A DNA stretch of 26,610 bases from a virus (taxonomy: Duplodnaviria > Caudoviricetes), in IMG/VR virus record IMGVR_UViG_3300028428_000052, positions 1-26,610 of that record; one strand, written 5' to 3'. A model generated the notes under the pieces. The model saw only the letters and a program-made list of their open reading frames with translations, did no database searches and was not told the origin of the DNA. Made by a program: the position numbers and the translations under genes. Positions 16,085-25,746 of the stretch are shown piece by piece (position 1 is the stretch's first letter; the number at the start of each line of letters is the position of its first letter).

Positions 16085-16744
16085 ATGGCTACTTGTAACA
16101 CGGCACAAAACGAAGTCGGCGGTAAGGACCTATTGCTGAAAAAATGCAAAGAGTTCACTGCGATTTCAACGACCAACGCTTCGGCGGACATCGAAATCAC
16201 TGGTCACGGCGCAAAGGTCGGCGACATCGTGAAGTTCACCGCAGTTGGCGCGAATACAATCATCAACGTCGATGATTTTTTCATCGTTCACACGGTTGTT
16301 GACGTCGACACAATCAGAGTAAAAGCGACATTGACTGGCGCTGCGCTGATTATGAATGCGACTTCGGCGGTTGTTGAAGCTCTCGTTTTCAGAAACTTGG
16401 GCGGACTGCGCTCTAAAGAATTCGCTCTCAGCTCTGAAGCCGTAGACATCACAAACGTGTCGTCTGACGAGTGGTCTTCTATGCTCGACGGCGCTGGCGT
16501 TCGTTCTGCTTCAATGTCAGGTTCTGGCGTATGGACAAACGAGCCCGTGTTCCAAGAATTTTTCCAAGACTTCTTGAACAACCGACTGACTTGCTTGGCG
16601 TTAATCGACGCAAAAGCTGGTCGCGTATACGAGGGTTGCTTCAAGATCACTGAGCTTTCTGTGTCTGGAGACTACGACGCGGAAGGACAATACTCAGTGA
16701 GTGCGGAAAGTTCTGGACCTGTAACGGTTTTTAACTTTGCATAA
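16085..16744 (+). CDS. Major tail (tube) protein, TP901-1/GTA-like, with an inserted domain
   Basis: Motifs GKDLLLK, GLRS...SEAVDIT...W..MLDGAGVRSASMSGSG and YEGCFKITEL...G.YD.E..YS...ESSGPV. Confidence 0.9.
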   Translation: MATCNTAQNEVGGKDLLLKKCKEFTAISTTNASADIEITGHGAKVGDIVKFTAVGANTIINVDDFFIVHTVVDVDTIRVKATLTGAALIMNATSAVVEALVFRNLGGLRSKEFALSSEAVDITNVSSDEWSSMLDGAGVRSASMSGSGVWTNEPVFQEFFQDFLNNRLTCLALIDAKAGRVYEGCFKITELSVSGDYDAEGQYSVSAESSGPVTVFNFA

Positions 16745-16749
16745 GGGAC

Positions 16750-17091
16750 ATGGCGAATCCTTTTAAAAACGAAAAAGTGATCAAGTTGGGCGACGTGGAA
16801 ATTCTGCTTCGCCCTGATTTCGAGAATTGTGCAAACCTGGAGGCCGCACTCGGTTATGGTTTGCCGATGCTCTCGTTTACTCTAGCGAAGAAACAGCTTC
16901 CACCGCTGACCGATCTTGCGAAAGTGATTTTCCATTGCCAGGCCGAAAAGAAATACACAATGGCCCAAATCTGGGACCTATGTATGACTGAAGGAATGGG
17001 CATGACAACTCCAATGCTTGAGTTCATTGGACGAATCACCGCGGGAGACAAGACCATGGCGGTGCTGACTGAAAATCAAAAAAAAAGCTAG
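16750..17091 (+). CDS. Tail assembly chaperone (lambda gpG-like)
   Basis: Lies between the major tail and tape measure genes and ends in an A9 slippery run. Confidence 0.8.
   Translation: MANPFKNEKVIKLGDVEILLRPDFENCANLEAALGYGLPMLSFTLAKKQLPPLTDLAKVIFHCQAEKKYTMAQIWDLCMTEGMGMTTPMLEFIGRITAGDKTMAVLTENQKKS
17078..17086 (+). other. Programmed -1 ribosomal frameshift site (A AAA AAA)
   Basis: Sequence CAA AAA AAA AGC TAG, at the conserved position of siphovirus G/GT frameshifts. Confidence 0.75.
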
Positions 17092-17321
17092 ATGAACGAC
17101 GTAAAGAACCAGGACCAGAACCCATGCCTTGGGATTTGCTTTTGGGAATGGCGGTCACTAAACTGAACATGCGGCCCGAGGACTTCTGGAAGCTGACATT
17201 TGCGGAGTGGTTTGCAATTTACAACTACGCCGCCGGAAAAGATAAGCCGATGTCAGTCAATGATGCGATCGTTTTAGAGGAGGCTTGGATCAGTGGCGAC
17301 ATTAGAAGAACTGGTAATTAA
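17079..17321 (+). CDS. Tail assembly chaperone -1 frame extension (gpT-like part of a G-T fusion)
   Basis: The -1 frame is open from the A run to TAA 17319-17321 and contains the motif LNMRPEDFWKLTFAEW. Confidence 0.75.
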   Translation, partial: KKKLDERRKEPGPEPMPWDLLLGMAVTKLNMRPEDFWKLTFAEWFAIYNYAAGKDKPMSVNDAIVLEEAWISGDIRRTGN

Positions 17322-19383
17322 GATCGAGGCGCAAAACGCCGAACTCCTCAAAGGTTTGACGGAAGCTCAAAAGCAAACCGCGTCCACGATGTCTAACATG
17401 CAGGACGCCGTCGACAAATTCTCAAAAGACGCATCGAAAAACATGGGTCGATTCGATCAGATCATGAACGTGTTTGCTGGTACAACCCTCGCAAGCGTTG
17501 TCGCTAAAGGCGCACAAATCGCACAGCAAGCAATCTCTGCTTTTATTGGAAACTTCAAAACAGGAATTGACGAAGCCGCACAGTTTGAAAAAGAAATGGT
17601 TCGGCTCGGAAACTCGCTTGCAATGTCCGGGAATTTTTCGAAGGAAGCCGCGCGCGACCTAGAAGAATACATCGGAAGCATGGAAACTCTGTCTGGAATT
17701 GACGATGCCGTCATAGCTGGCAATCTTGCAATGTTGTCTTCGCTCACGCGTTTGGACGCAGAGGGATTGAAAAAAGCTCAGTCCGCAGCAATTGATTTGT
17801 CGGCTGCACTTGGAAAAGACCTTGGAACTGTCACGGACGCTCTGGCAAAAGCATCAAACGGAAACACAACCGCACTTCAAAAGATGGGTTTACAGTTTGA
17901 AAAAACTGGCGACAATGCGCGAGACTTCGAAACAGCTCTAACAATGATCGAGAGTCGATTCGGTGGAGCTGCTGGCGGAGCGATGAAAACATTTTCCGGC
18001 TCTTTGCTGGGAGTTCAAAACGCTTTTGGTAACTTATTTCAACAGCTCGGATCAATCGTCACTCAGAATCCGGTCGTGGTGGCAACGCTAAATGAAATCT
18101 CAAAGATATTTGCTGAGCTCACAACGGCAGCGGATAAAGCAGGACCAGGACTGAAAGAGGCGTTCGCGCAAGCATTGATCGGAGTTATCAACTTCGCGGA
18201 AGTGACTGTGCAATCCTTTGACGTCGTGATGAGAACAATAAATTTTATAATCGACGGTTTTGTCGCTTTAGGAATTGGAATTATTGATACTTGGAACGCA
18301 GCAAAGTCCGTCTTGTCTGGTGAAGGATTGCCGGATGACCCATTCGGAAACTTTAAAGCAAGTTGGGACGAAGCCACGGCAAACTTCGGCGAAGAAACTA
18401 TGCTCAACACGCTGGCCGAAAACCTGAATCGCGTTGGAAATGTCGCCGAAGAGGCGTTCACAAAAGCTGATTTCGCAGCAAAAGGTTACGGTTCAACAAT
18501 AGAAAATCAAGTCGCGCAAGTTGAGCAACTGTCACTTGTAGAAAAAATGCGCGCGGAACAAGCGGCAACATTCGGACAACAAATCTTTGATCAGTCGGTT
18601 CAGGTCGCAGCCGGCTATCAGCTCCAGCAAGATACATTGCAGACGGCTTACGAGTCGGATTTAATTTCATTCGAATCGTATAAGGAAGCAAAACTGGCTT
18701 CTCAGATGGCTATGTTCGAGCAAGAACGTCTGATGCTTGAAGAATCCAAGCTGAATGAAGAACAACTTGCGATGGCAAAAACCCAGCTCGATCAACAGCA
18801 AAACGCGCAACGCTTTAAACTCATGCAAGATATGCAGAAAAAAGAAGCCGACATCAACAAGCAACGTCTTGAAGGTTTCAGCGGATTTTTCGGCAACCTC
18901 GGAGCGCTTCAACAAACGAAATCAAAAGAGCTTTTCGCAATAGGAAAGGCTGCCAGTTTGGCGCAAGCAACGATTGACGGATATGCTGCGATGACTTCTT
19001 CGTACAAACAAGGGGCCGCAATCGGTGGTCCGGCGTTGGGTGCTGCGTTTGCTGCGGCTGCGGGTGCTGCGACGGCGGTTCAAATTTCTAAGATTGCTGC
19101 CACAAATTTACGCAGCGGTATTGATTCCGTGCCAGGAGTTGGAACGCAAGATAACTTTCCAGCCATGCTGGCGCCAGGCGAGCGCGTAGTTCCGTCGCAA
19201 ACGAACCAAGACCTGACAGAATTTTTAAGAAATCAGCAGTCAAGTGACAAATCCGGTCCTGTGTTCAACCTGAACTTTTACGGACCTGTTTGGAGCGATA
19301 AGGCTCAAGCTGGGGCTGAGATCGTAGATGCGATCAACGAGGCCATGGACCGAGGATTCAGCCTGAAATTGAGGAACGCATGA
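17293..19383 (+). CDS. Tail tape measure protein
   Basis: GTG start with GAGGAGG SD. N-terminus MATLEELVIKIEA, Ala/Gln-rich helical 696 aa, C-terminal DNFPAMLAPGERVV motif. Confidence 0.92.
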   Translation: MATLEELVIKIEAQNAELLKGLTEAQKQTASTMSNMQDAVDKFSKDASKNMGRFDQIMNVFAGTTLASVVAKGAQIAQQAISAFIGNFKTGIDEAAQFEKEMVRLGNSLAMSGNFSKEAARDLEEYIGSMETLSGIDDAVIAGNLAMLSSLTRLDAEGLKKAQSAAIDLSAALGKDLGTVTDALAKASNGNTTALQKMGLQFEKTGDNARDFETALTMIESRFGGAAGGAMKTFSGSLLGVQNAFGNLFQQLGSIVTQNPVVVATLNEISKIFAELTTAADKAGPGLKEAFAQALIGVINFAEVTVQSFDVVMRTINFIIDGFVALGIGIIDTWNAAKSVLSGEGLPDDPFGNFKASWDEATANFGEETMLNTLAENLNRVGNVAEEAFTKADFAAKGYGSTIENQVAQVEQLSLVEKMRAEQAATFGQQIFDQSVQVAAGYQLQQDTLQTAYESDLISFESYKEAKLASQMAMFEQERLMLEESKLNEEQLAMAKTQLDQQQNAQRFKLMQDMQKKEADINKQRLEGFSGFFGNLGALQQTKSKELFAIGKAASLAQATIDGYAAMTSSYKQGAAIGGPALGAAFAAAAGAATAVQISKIAATNLRSGIDSVPGVGTQDNFPAMLAPGERVVPSQTNQDLTEFLRNQQSSDKSGPVFNLNFYGPVWSDKAQAGAEIVDAINEAMDRGFSLKLRNA

Positions 19384-20162
19384 GCCGCATAAACACGCTG
19401 TCGACTTTTTACTACGGCTTTAATGTGACCAATGCGAACAACGCGATCAATTTTTCTGAAGCCGGCGGTCCTGAAATCACGACGTATTTGACGATCAACG
19501 ACTACACACTGACGTCATACGCGCTTGAAATCGCGCAGAGAATGACCCTGGCTGGAACGCAAACATATACGGCGACGGTCGACCGCGTGACCAGAAAAAT
19601 CACAATCAGCGCGCCCGGAGCTTTCGAATTATTGACTGCCACGGGCTCGCAGCAAGCCATTGCAATTTGGAACCTTGCTGGCTTCACAACCATCGCAGAT
19701 AAGACCGGAGACAGCACATACGAAGGCGAAAACGCCGCTGGATTCGAATACAGGCCTCAGTTGACCTTGTTCGACTACCTGGCGCTTGAAGACAACTTAG
19801 TCAAAGAATCATCAAGCGTAAACATTTCCGCGAACGGCGTCGTGCAAACAATTTCATTCGGCGACGGACAGCGTATGGAATGTGGAATTAGGGGCGCAAC
19901 GAACCTCACTGGACTCAAGATCAAACCTTTTTTCGAAAACGCCAACGGTCGCCAGGCGCTCAGAGACTTTATGAACTATCTCATCACGAAGTCAAAGGTC
20001 GAGTTTATGCCTGATGTGGCGGACAGAAATACATTTTATGAGCTATTACTGGATTCGACTTCCGCTGACAGAAACGGAACGAGATACAAGATTGAAAACA
20101 TGAAGGGCGCGAACGATTTCTACGAAACAGGGCCGCTCGTTTTTAGAAAGGTGATCGAATAA
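19380..20162 (+). CDS. Tail-tip protein (distal-tail-like by position)
   Basis: First gene after the tape measure, coupled by ATGA. Function is inferred from synteny only. Confidence 0.5.
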   Translation: MSRINTLSTFYYGFNVTNANNAINFSEAGGPEITTYLTINDYTLTSYALEIAQRMTLAGTQTYTATVDRVTRKITISAPGAFELLTATGSQQAIAIWNLAGFTTIADKTGDSTYEGENAAGFEYRPQLTLFDYLALEDNLVKESSSVNISANGVVQTISFGDGQRMECGIRGATNLTGLKIKPFFENANGRQALRDFMNYLITKSKVEFMPDVADRNTFYELLLDSTSADRNGTRYKIENMKGANDFYETGPLVFRKVIE

Positions 20163-21829
20163 TGTCGGTACAAAACGGACAGCTCGCCAACGAAAACACG
20201 TTCAATTCCCGGCTGATGTCTCGTACAAATGACACGGACACGGTCGGAAGAATAGACCTTAAAAATGCCCTGGCCGAATCCGGTGGCCAAATCATCAACG
20301 TGCAAAGAAATATCAACGCGCTGGCCTCGGCGTTGGGAATTCCTGTCGACCAGGTTTTCGACTACTTGATCACATGGTCGAGCGACATTGTGGGCGCGCC
20401 AAACGATACTGTACGTGCGCGCGTGGAAGCATTGGTTCAGTTATTCGATGGCATTTCAGGCCACAGTCACGACGGCACAGACGGACAAGGGCCAGCGATT
20501 TCAGCGAACGTACTTGCAAACTTCAATAAATTCTCGGCGGTTTGGCAGGGGTTTTCATTCACTGGCGCGATCGGCTTAAGCTCAGACGTATCCACACAAT
20601 TTTCCACAAAACAGCCAAACGGAACGACCACGCAAGCGGGAGTCATCACTTCAATTCCATCAAACCGCGTGCAGTTATTCGACGCGAACGGAACGCCGCT
20701 CGAAGATAGCTCAGGCCGCAGAGTCTACGGTCGATTGACCGAGTCCGCTGGGGTTTGGACTCTCAGCTATTTCATTTTTGACGGCACTGAACAATCCCAC
20801 ACGTTCGCATCGGCGACAGATTTCACGGGCTATTTTCTCGAAGTCTTCGACCAACAAGATCGCCCAACTATTCCGGCGACGCCTGACTTCGGCTCTTTAA
20901 ACGTATCTGCCGACGTGCCAGACGCATCCGCAACGATTCGCGGACTTGTGAGCGTGATCGCGCAGACGTTCGCAGGGTTTAAAACATTTCAAGACGGACT
21001 CGAAGTTCAAGGTAAATTCCAAGGTGACACCGTCATTGACTCAACAACCAGCACGCCTGCCGCCACATTGCTCGATTTAGATAAACTTATCTATGAGTTT
21101 ACAAATCCAGCCATCACTTCAATCGTAGGCATTCAGGCATCAATCGACGACGCCGACAAAATTCAAATCATCGTCAATAAAACAGGGTCCACGGTCACGG
21201 TCGTTCACGACGCTGGGGCCTTGGGTTTCCTAATCCCTGGCGGAAATGATTTTGACCTGGACGACGGGGCCGCAATGATGGTCCGTCGAGACTCTGCACT
21301 GAATCGCTGGCAGGTTATCGCTGGGGGCGGCGGTGGTGGCTCAACAACTGTAGGTCAATATGAAACACCTGCGGGAGTGATCAACGGCTCGAACGTGACG
21401 TTTGGACCATTGACTTATTTGCCCGCGACGGCTCAATCCTTGATGGTATTCGTCGACGGAGTTGCTCTTAAACCGACTGAGTTCTCATTGTCGGGCTCGA
21501 ACGTCGTTCTCACAACGGCGCCAGTGCTTGGTCAATTCTTGAACGTGTTTTACCTCACCGCTGGAACATTGTCTCCGCCACCGGTCGTTTCCGGCGTTTT
21601 CAAGATCGAATACAGGACGCTCACGGCGGGAGAAATCACAGCAAAAGCTCTATCTTTGGCACAAAGTCCAGTCGCGCCCACTGAAATAATGGTCGATGTT
21701 ATAGGAGGCAGTGCTGGATTCTACGGTGACGACTTCATTGCGAGCGGCTCGACGGTATCTTGGAACGGTTTAGGATACGACGGATTGCTTTTAGCTGGAG
21801 ACAAACTCAGAATCGGCTATGTCTACTAA
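20162..21829 (+). CDS. Tail fibre/baseplate-like structural protein with two C-terminal small beta-sandwich modules
   Basis: Fibre motifs GHSHDG and DASATIRGLVS..AQTFAG.KTF, plus C-terminal modules shared with the downstream genes. Confidence 0.65.
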   Translation: MSVQNGQLANENTFNSRLMSRTNDTDTVGRIDLKNALAESGGQIINVQRNINALASALGIPVDQVFDYLITWSSDIVGAPNDTVRARVEALVQLFDGISGHSHDGTDGQGPAISANVLANFNKFSAVWQGFSFTGAIGLSSDVSTQFSTKQPNGTTTQAGVITSIPSNRVQLFDANGTPLEDSSGRRVYGRLTESAGVWTLSYFIFDGTEQSHTFASATDFTGYFLEVFDQQDRPTIPATPDFGSLNVSADVPDASATIRGLVSVIAQTFAGFKTFQDGLEVQGKFQGDTVIDSTTSTPAATLLDLDKLIYEFTNPAITSIVGIQASIDDADKIQIIVNKTGSTVTVVHDAGALGFLIPGGNDFDLDDGAAMMVRRDSALNRWQVIAGGGGGGSTTVGQYETPAGVINGSNVTFGPLTYLPATAQSLMVFVDGVALKPTEFSLSGSNVVLTTAPVLGQFLNVFYLTAGTLSPPPVVSGVFKIEYRTLTAGEITAKALSLAQSPVAPTEIMVDVIGGSAGFYGDDFIASGSTVSWNGLGYDGLLLAGDKLRIGYVY

Positions 21830-21854
21830 CTTTTTTTCCTGAGGAGGAAAAAGC

Positions 21855-22637
21855 ATGGCTCAGATTAGATCGAAATTCATTCAGAACGACGCGGTGACGG
21901 CACCGAAAATTGCTGATAACTCCGTCGACACATTGGCAATTCAGAACGACGCGGTCACGAACGTGAAGGTCGCAACTGGTTTAGACGCTGCTAAAATCGG
22001 CGCCGGAACTGTTTCGAACACTGTATTCGCTCACTTAGTTGGCGTTACTGGTCCCTTGCAAACTCAAATCAACGCTCGTATTCAGTCCACAGAAAAGGGC
22101 GCTGCGAACGGTGTGGCGACTCTCGACGCTAGCGGAAAAATCCCAACGACTCAACTTGGAAACTCCGTCATGGAATACCAAGGTTCATGGAATGCTTCGA
22201 CAAATACTCCAACGCTCGCGAACGGAACCGGAAATGCTGGTGACGTTTATCGTGTTTCAGTTGCCGGAACTCGGAACTTGGGCGCTGGAAACATCACATT
22301 CGCGGTCGGCGACCTTGTGATTTACAACGGAACAGTTTGGGAGCGTTCGCCTTTGGGTGTTGTTCTCGCGGTTCCCAACAAACAGACTTTCGTTCTCGCG
22401 GCTGCCGACATAACGAACGGTTACATCGACCTGGCTCAAATCGCGCGCACGAACAGCATTATTTTTCAAGTTCGCGGCGCTCCGAATTTGCTCGAAGGCG
22501 CATCGTATGAATACACGGTGAACTACACAGGTGGATCGGGCGGAAATACTCGCATCACTTGGTTGAATGACTTGGCGACGGTCGGTCCGGCGGCATTGGT
22601 TGCTGGCGACGTGATTCAAGTCACTTACGAATACTAA
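21855..22637 (+). CDS. Short fibre-like structural protein
   Basis: GAGGAGG SD; 10-aa IQNDAVTxxK repeats; KGAANGVATLDASGKIP motif; YQGSWNASTNTPTL domain. Confidence 0.7.
   Translation: MAQIRSKFIQNDAVTAPKIADNSVDTLAIQNDAVTNVKVATGLDAAKIGAGTVSNTVFAHLVGVTGPLQTQINARIQSTEKGAANGVATLDASGKIPTTQLGNSVMEYQGSWNASTNTPTLANGTGNAGDVYRVSVAGTRNLGAGNITFAVGDLVIYNGTVWERSPLGVVLAVPNKQTFVLAAADITNGYIDLAQIARTNSIIFQVRGAPNLLEGASYEYTVNYTGGSGGNTRITWLNDLATVGPAALVAGDVIQVTYEY
21879..21955 (+). repeat. 17-nt direct repeat ATTCAGAACGACGCGGT
   Basis: Copies at 21879-21895 and 21939-21955, both encoding IQNDAV within the 10-residue fibre repeat. Confidence 0.85.
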
Positions 22638-22649
22638 AGGGGATTTTAA

Positions 22650-22910
22650 ATGTCTGCTCGTTTAAATGCGGCTTGGTTGAGACGATTCTGGGTTGATGAA
22701 ACTCCGGCAGGTCTTGTGAACGGAACGAATACTTTGTACGTGGTTTCACAAACGCCATTGGAAAACGACGCCGTGGACGTGTTTCTCGACGGACTTAAGA
22801 AAATTCCTGGTGTTGACTACACTATTTCAGGTTTAAATATCACCTTCACAACTGCCCCCGTGCTGGGGCAGACTGTGAGAGTGAACTACATTAGATTGAG
22901 AGGCGAATAA
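22650..22910 (+). CDS. Stand-alone small beta-sandwich module protein
   Basis: ETPAGLVNG...VFLDG...DYTISG..ITFTTAPVLGQ is paralogous to a module in 20162..21829. Confidence 0.7.
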   Translation: MSARLNAAWLRRFWVDETPAGLVNGTNTLYVVSQTPLENDAVDVFLDGLKKIPGVDYTISGLNITFTTAPVLGQTVRVNYIRLRGE

Positions 22911-24937
22911 TGAGCAAGATTCAAAGACAAGACATCAAAACAGAAGCAGACCTCGCGGGCGCGGGCGCGCCAGCTTCATCGTTGCCTGGGGATGATCAAG
23001 TCTATGTCGCTGCAAACTCAATCAATAAAACACTCCGACAAGCAATCATTGACGGTGACATCGGTGGCGGAGCTGGTGGAATAAATTATATCCTGAATGG
23101 CTCGGCTCAAGCTAATACGAACGGTTGGGCGACATATGCGGACGCAGCTCAACGCTTGCCAGTCGACGGAACTGGCGGAACGCCAAACGTTACTTGGACG
23201 CGCTCGACGACAACTCCTCTGCGTGGCGCTGGTGAATTTAACTTTACAAAAGACGCAGTCAACCGCCAAGGCCAAGGCGTGAGCTATGACTTCACAATTG
23301 ACCGCGCGGACCAAGCAAAGCCGTTGCAAATTCAATTTGATTGGAAATTAATTTCTGGAACTTTTGTTGGCAGCACGGCTCCGGCAATTGATTCTGACAT
23401 CATAGTTTATATTCTCGACGTTACAAATAACCGACTGATCGAGCCAGCCGGAAGACTTCTTGAGCCAGCTCTGATTGGTCAGTTTTATAGGTATCGCTCG
23501 ACTTTTCAATCAAGCCCAGACTCGACAAGCTACAGGCTTATTTTCCACGTCGCCACGACATCAGCTGCGGCATATGTTTTAGGGTTTGACGACGTTCGAG
23601 TTGGTCCTCAAGTTGTGAGCAACGGCGCTGTCATTACTGACTGGCAATCGTTCACACCTACTGGCGGATTCACAGTAAATACAACTTATACAGGACGCTT
23701 CAGACGAGTCGGCGATTCTGTGGAACTTCAATATAAGTTGTCTTTTACTGGCGCACCAAACGCATCAAATATTTTGTTGAATCTTCCGAGTGGAATGGCA
23801 ATCGACACAACGAAACTTCCGACAGCTGCTTTTGTTGACGTTGTTTTTGGTGATGTCACTTTATTCGATTCAAGTGCGAGTGCTTACTATCAAGGAAGCG
23901 CTAAATACAACAATTCAACTCAGTTATTGTGTACAGTTCAAGCATCAGCAACTGGTCAATTGACTGCAATGAATCAGACGGCTCCAGTTGCGCTTGCGTC
24001 TGGCGATACTGTTTCAATAAACGCAAAAGTTCCGGTTGTAGGTTTTTCTTCAAACGTTCAGCTTTCGTCGGATACTGACACGAGAATAGTTTCTTCAGTC
24101 GCTTTTCAAACAGCAGGACAAAATATTGCAAATAACACCGATGTCGCGCTGACTGGACTAAACATAGGCTCAGATACTCACGGAGCTTGGGTAGGAAATG
24201 AATATCGTGTACCTGTCACTGGATTTTATAGAATTTCTGTTCGTGGTTTTTTCGGAACACTCGCGGGAGGTTCTACAGCGTCTCATCAACTTAGGTTGTA
24301 TATAGATGGAGTTTTTAGTGATGCTCTGGCGGTCACTGACGCTATTAGTACGCAAGTACAAGGGTCAGCGACTTATGTTGCAGGTTCTTATGAGCCATTT
24401 TTAAGAGCTGGGCAAGTTGTAACGTTAAGAGCGTTTCAAAATGCAGGTAATACTAGAACATTTCAATTAAACAATGCATTCATTACCAGAACTTCAGGTC
24501 CATCTCAAATTGCAGCCAGTGAAGTAATTTCTGGATTTGCTACAAACGCAAGTGGACAAGTAATCCCAAATTCTACAGATCAAACTGTAACTGGATGGAC
24601 AAAGGTTTCCGATACACACAACGCTTTTGATGCAACGACAGGAATTTTAACTATCCCCAGAGCTGGGTTCATTGATTTACAAGCTCTTTTAACATACGGC
24701 GGACCAAACGCGACTGGATCAAGAACAATGCATTTTTTCCACAACAACACAACTTTCATTTCTATCAGTACAAACTACGGAAGTTCGATTGGAAGAACGG
24801 GGATGCAATCAAGAGTTGTTGGATTTCCTGTGAACGCTGGAGACACAATAAGAGTTAGAACTTTTCAAGACACTGGTGCTGGATTAGGTTTGTTCAACTC
24901 TGCAAGCTACAATAATTTTGGATGGAGAATTTACTAA
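22910..24937 (+). CDS. Putative receptor-binding tail fibre/spike
   Basis: Thr/Ser/Gly-rich and beta-rich. N-terminal GINYILNG carbohydrate-binding-like region, central TDWQSFTPT...GRFRRVGDSV domain, and two C-terminal C1q-like repeats (SDTHGAW..., SDTHNAF...). Confidence 0.7.
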   Translation: MSKIQRQDIKTEADLAGAGAPASSLPGDDQVYVAANSINKTLRQAIIDGDIGGGAGGINYILNGSAQANTNGWATYADAAQRLPVDGTGGTPNVTWTRSTTTPLRGAGEFNFTKDAVNRQGQGVSYDFTIDRADQAKPLQIQFDWKLISGTFVGSTAPAIDSDIIVYILDVTNNRLIEPAGRLLEPALIGQFYRYRSTFQSSPDSTSYRLIFHVATTSAAAYVLGFDDVRVGPQVVSNGAVITDWQSFTPTGGFTVNTTYTGRFRRVGDSVELQYKLSFTGAPNASNILLNLPSGMAIDTTKLPTAAFVDVVFGDVTLFDSSASAYYQGSAKYNNSTQLLCTVQASATGQLTAMNQTAPVALASGDTVSINAKVPVVGFSSNVQLSSDTDTRIVSSVAFQTAGQNIANNTDVALTGLNIGSDTHGAWVGNEYRVPVTGFYRISVRGFFGTLAGGSTASHQLRLYIDGVFSDALAVTDAISTQVQGSATYVAGSYEPFLRAGQVVTLRAFQNAGNTRTFQLNNAFITRTSGPSQIAASEVISGFATNASGQVIPNSTDQTVTGWTKVSDTHNAFDATTGILTIPRAGFIDLQALLTYGGPNATGSRTMHFFHNNTTFISISTNYGSSIGRTGMQSRVVGFPVNAGDTIRVRTFQDTGAGLGLFNSASYNNFGWRIY

Positions 24938-25497
24938 TGATCGAAGTCAGAATTTCAAAAAATGGAACTGTCACTCACAAGGCAATTTTTCCAACACAAG
25001 CAGCTTGCGAAGAATGGTACGATGTCATTAAGACGACAATGGCTTTTGGAAAACCAGCTGGTTCATATTTGCTTTCAAGTCTTACTGCGGAAGAATTAGC
25101 TAGTGAAATAAGCCGCATTACGGAGCAATATGGCGTTCAGTTGATGGAGCCAATTGTTACGATTCCAAATCAATATCAAGTGGAATACGTCGATGTTACC
25201 GCTCAAGAACTCATGCAAAAAAAGCTCAACGAGCGCCGACTCAAGAGAGCTTTTGGTGAACAAATGATTGATGAGATTTCATTGATCAACGAGTCGAAAG
25301 GTCTTCTTAGTTCACAGGTTGACGCATTTATGTCGACGCCACTCATTGCAGGCCTGAGAGAAAATCTTTGGTCTGGAAATATCACAACGTTTATTGATGT
25401 TTTAACCGCGTCAGATGTTTCCGCGTTTTTCACGGCTCAAGAAAAGGCCGCTGTGATCGCAAAATGTCAGGCGTTTTTACAATCATTGGAGGACTAA
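24937..25497 (+). CDS. Hypothetical protein, possible fibre chaperone
   Basis: TAATG coupling at 24935-24939; follows the fibre gene. Confidence 0.55.
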   Translation: MIEVRISKNGTVTHKAIFPTQAACEEWYDVIKTTMAFGKPAGSYLLSSLTAEELASEISRITEQYGVQLMEPIVTIPNQYQVEYVDVTAQELMQKKLNERRLKRAFGEQMIDEISLINESKGLLSSQVDAFMSTPLIAGLRENLWSGNITTFIDVLTASDVSAFFTAQEKAAVIAKCQAFLQSLED

Positions 25498-25746
25498 ATG
25501 CATCCGTTGCTCGAAAAAATCCCTGATATCATTCAATTGATCGCGTTGCTTGGAATGGCGTTGAGCGTTCTGGCGACTATTCTGGTTCGAATCACGCCGT
25601 CAAAAGCGGATGACGAAAAGGTTGATGCCATCGTTCAGAAGTTTCAAAAGGTTTTGCACTGGCTTCCGACTATCGGGGTCAATCCGAACACGAAGAAACT
25701 TCAAGAGGCATACGAAGAATTGAAAAAGCAAAGTGAATCTAAATAG
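25498..25746 (+). CDS. Putative holin-like membrane protein
   Basis: GGAGG SD; one hydrophobic helix (IIQLIALLGMALSVLATILV), then ITPSKADD and a charged C-terminus. Confidence 0.5.
   Translation: MHPLLEKIPDIIQLIALLGMALSVLATILVRITPSKADDEKVDAIVQKFQKVLHWLPTIGVNPNTKKLQEAYEELKKQSESK

Noticed and set aside
22910-25497. Diversity-generating retroelement acting on the fibre
   Set aside because: No reverse transcriptase and no near-identical TR/VR pair differing at adenines was seen in the window.
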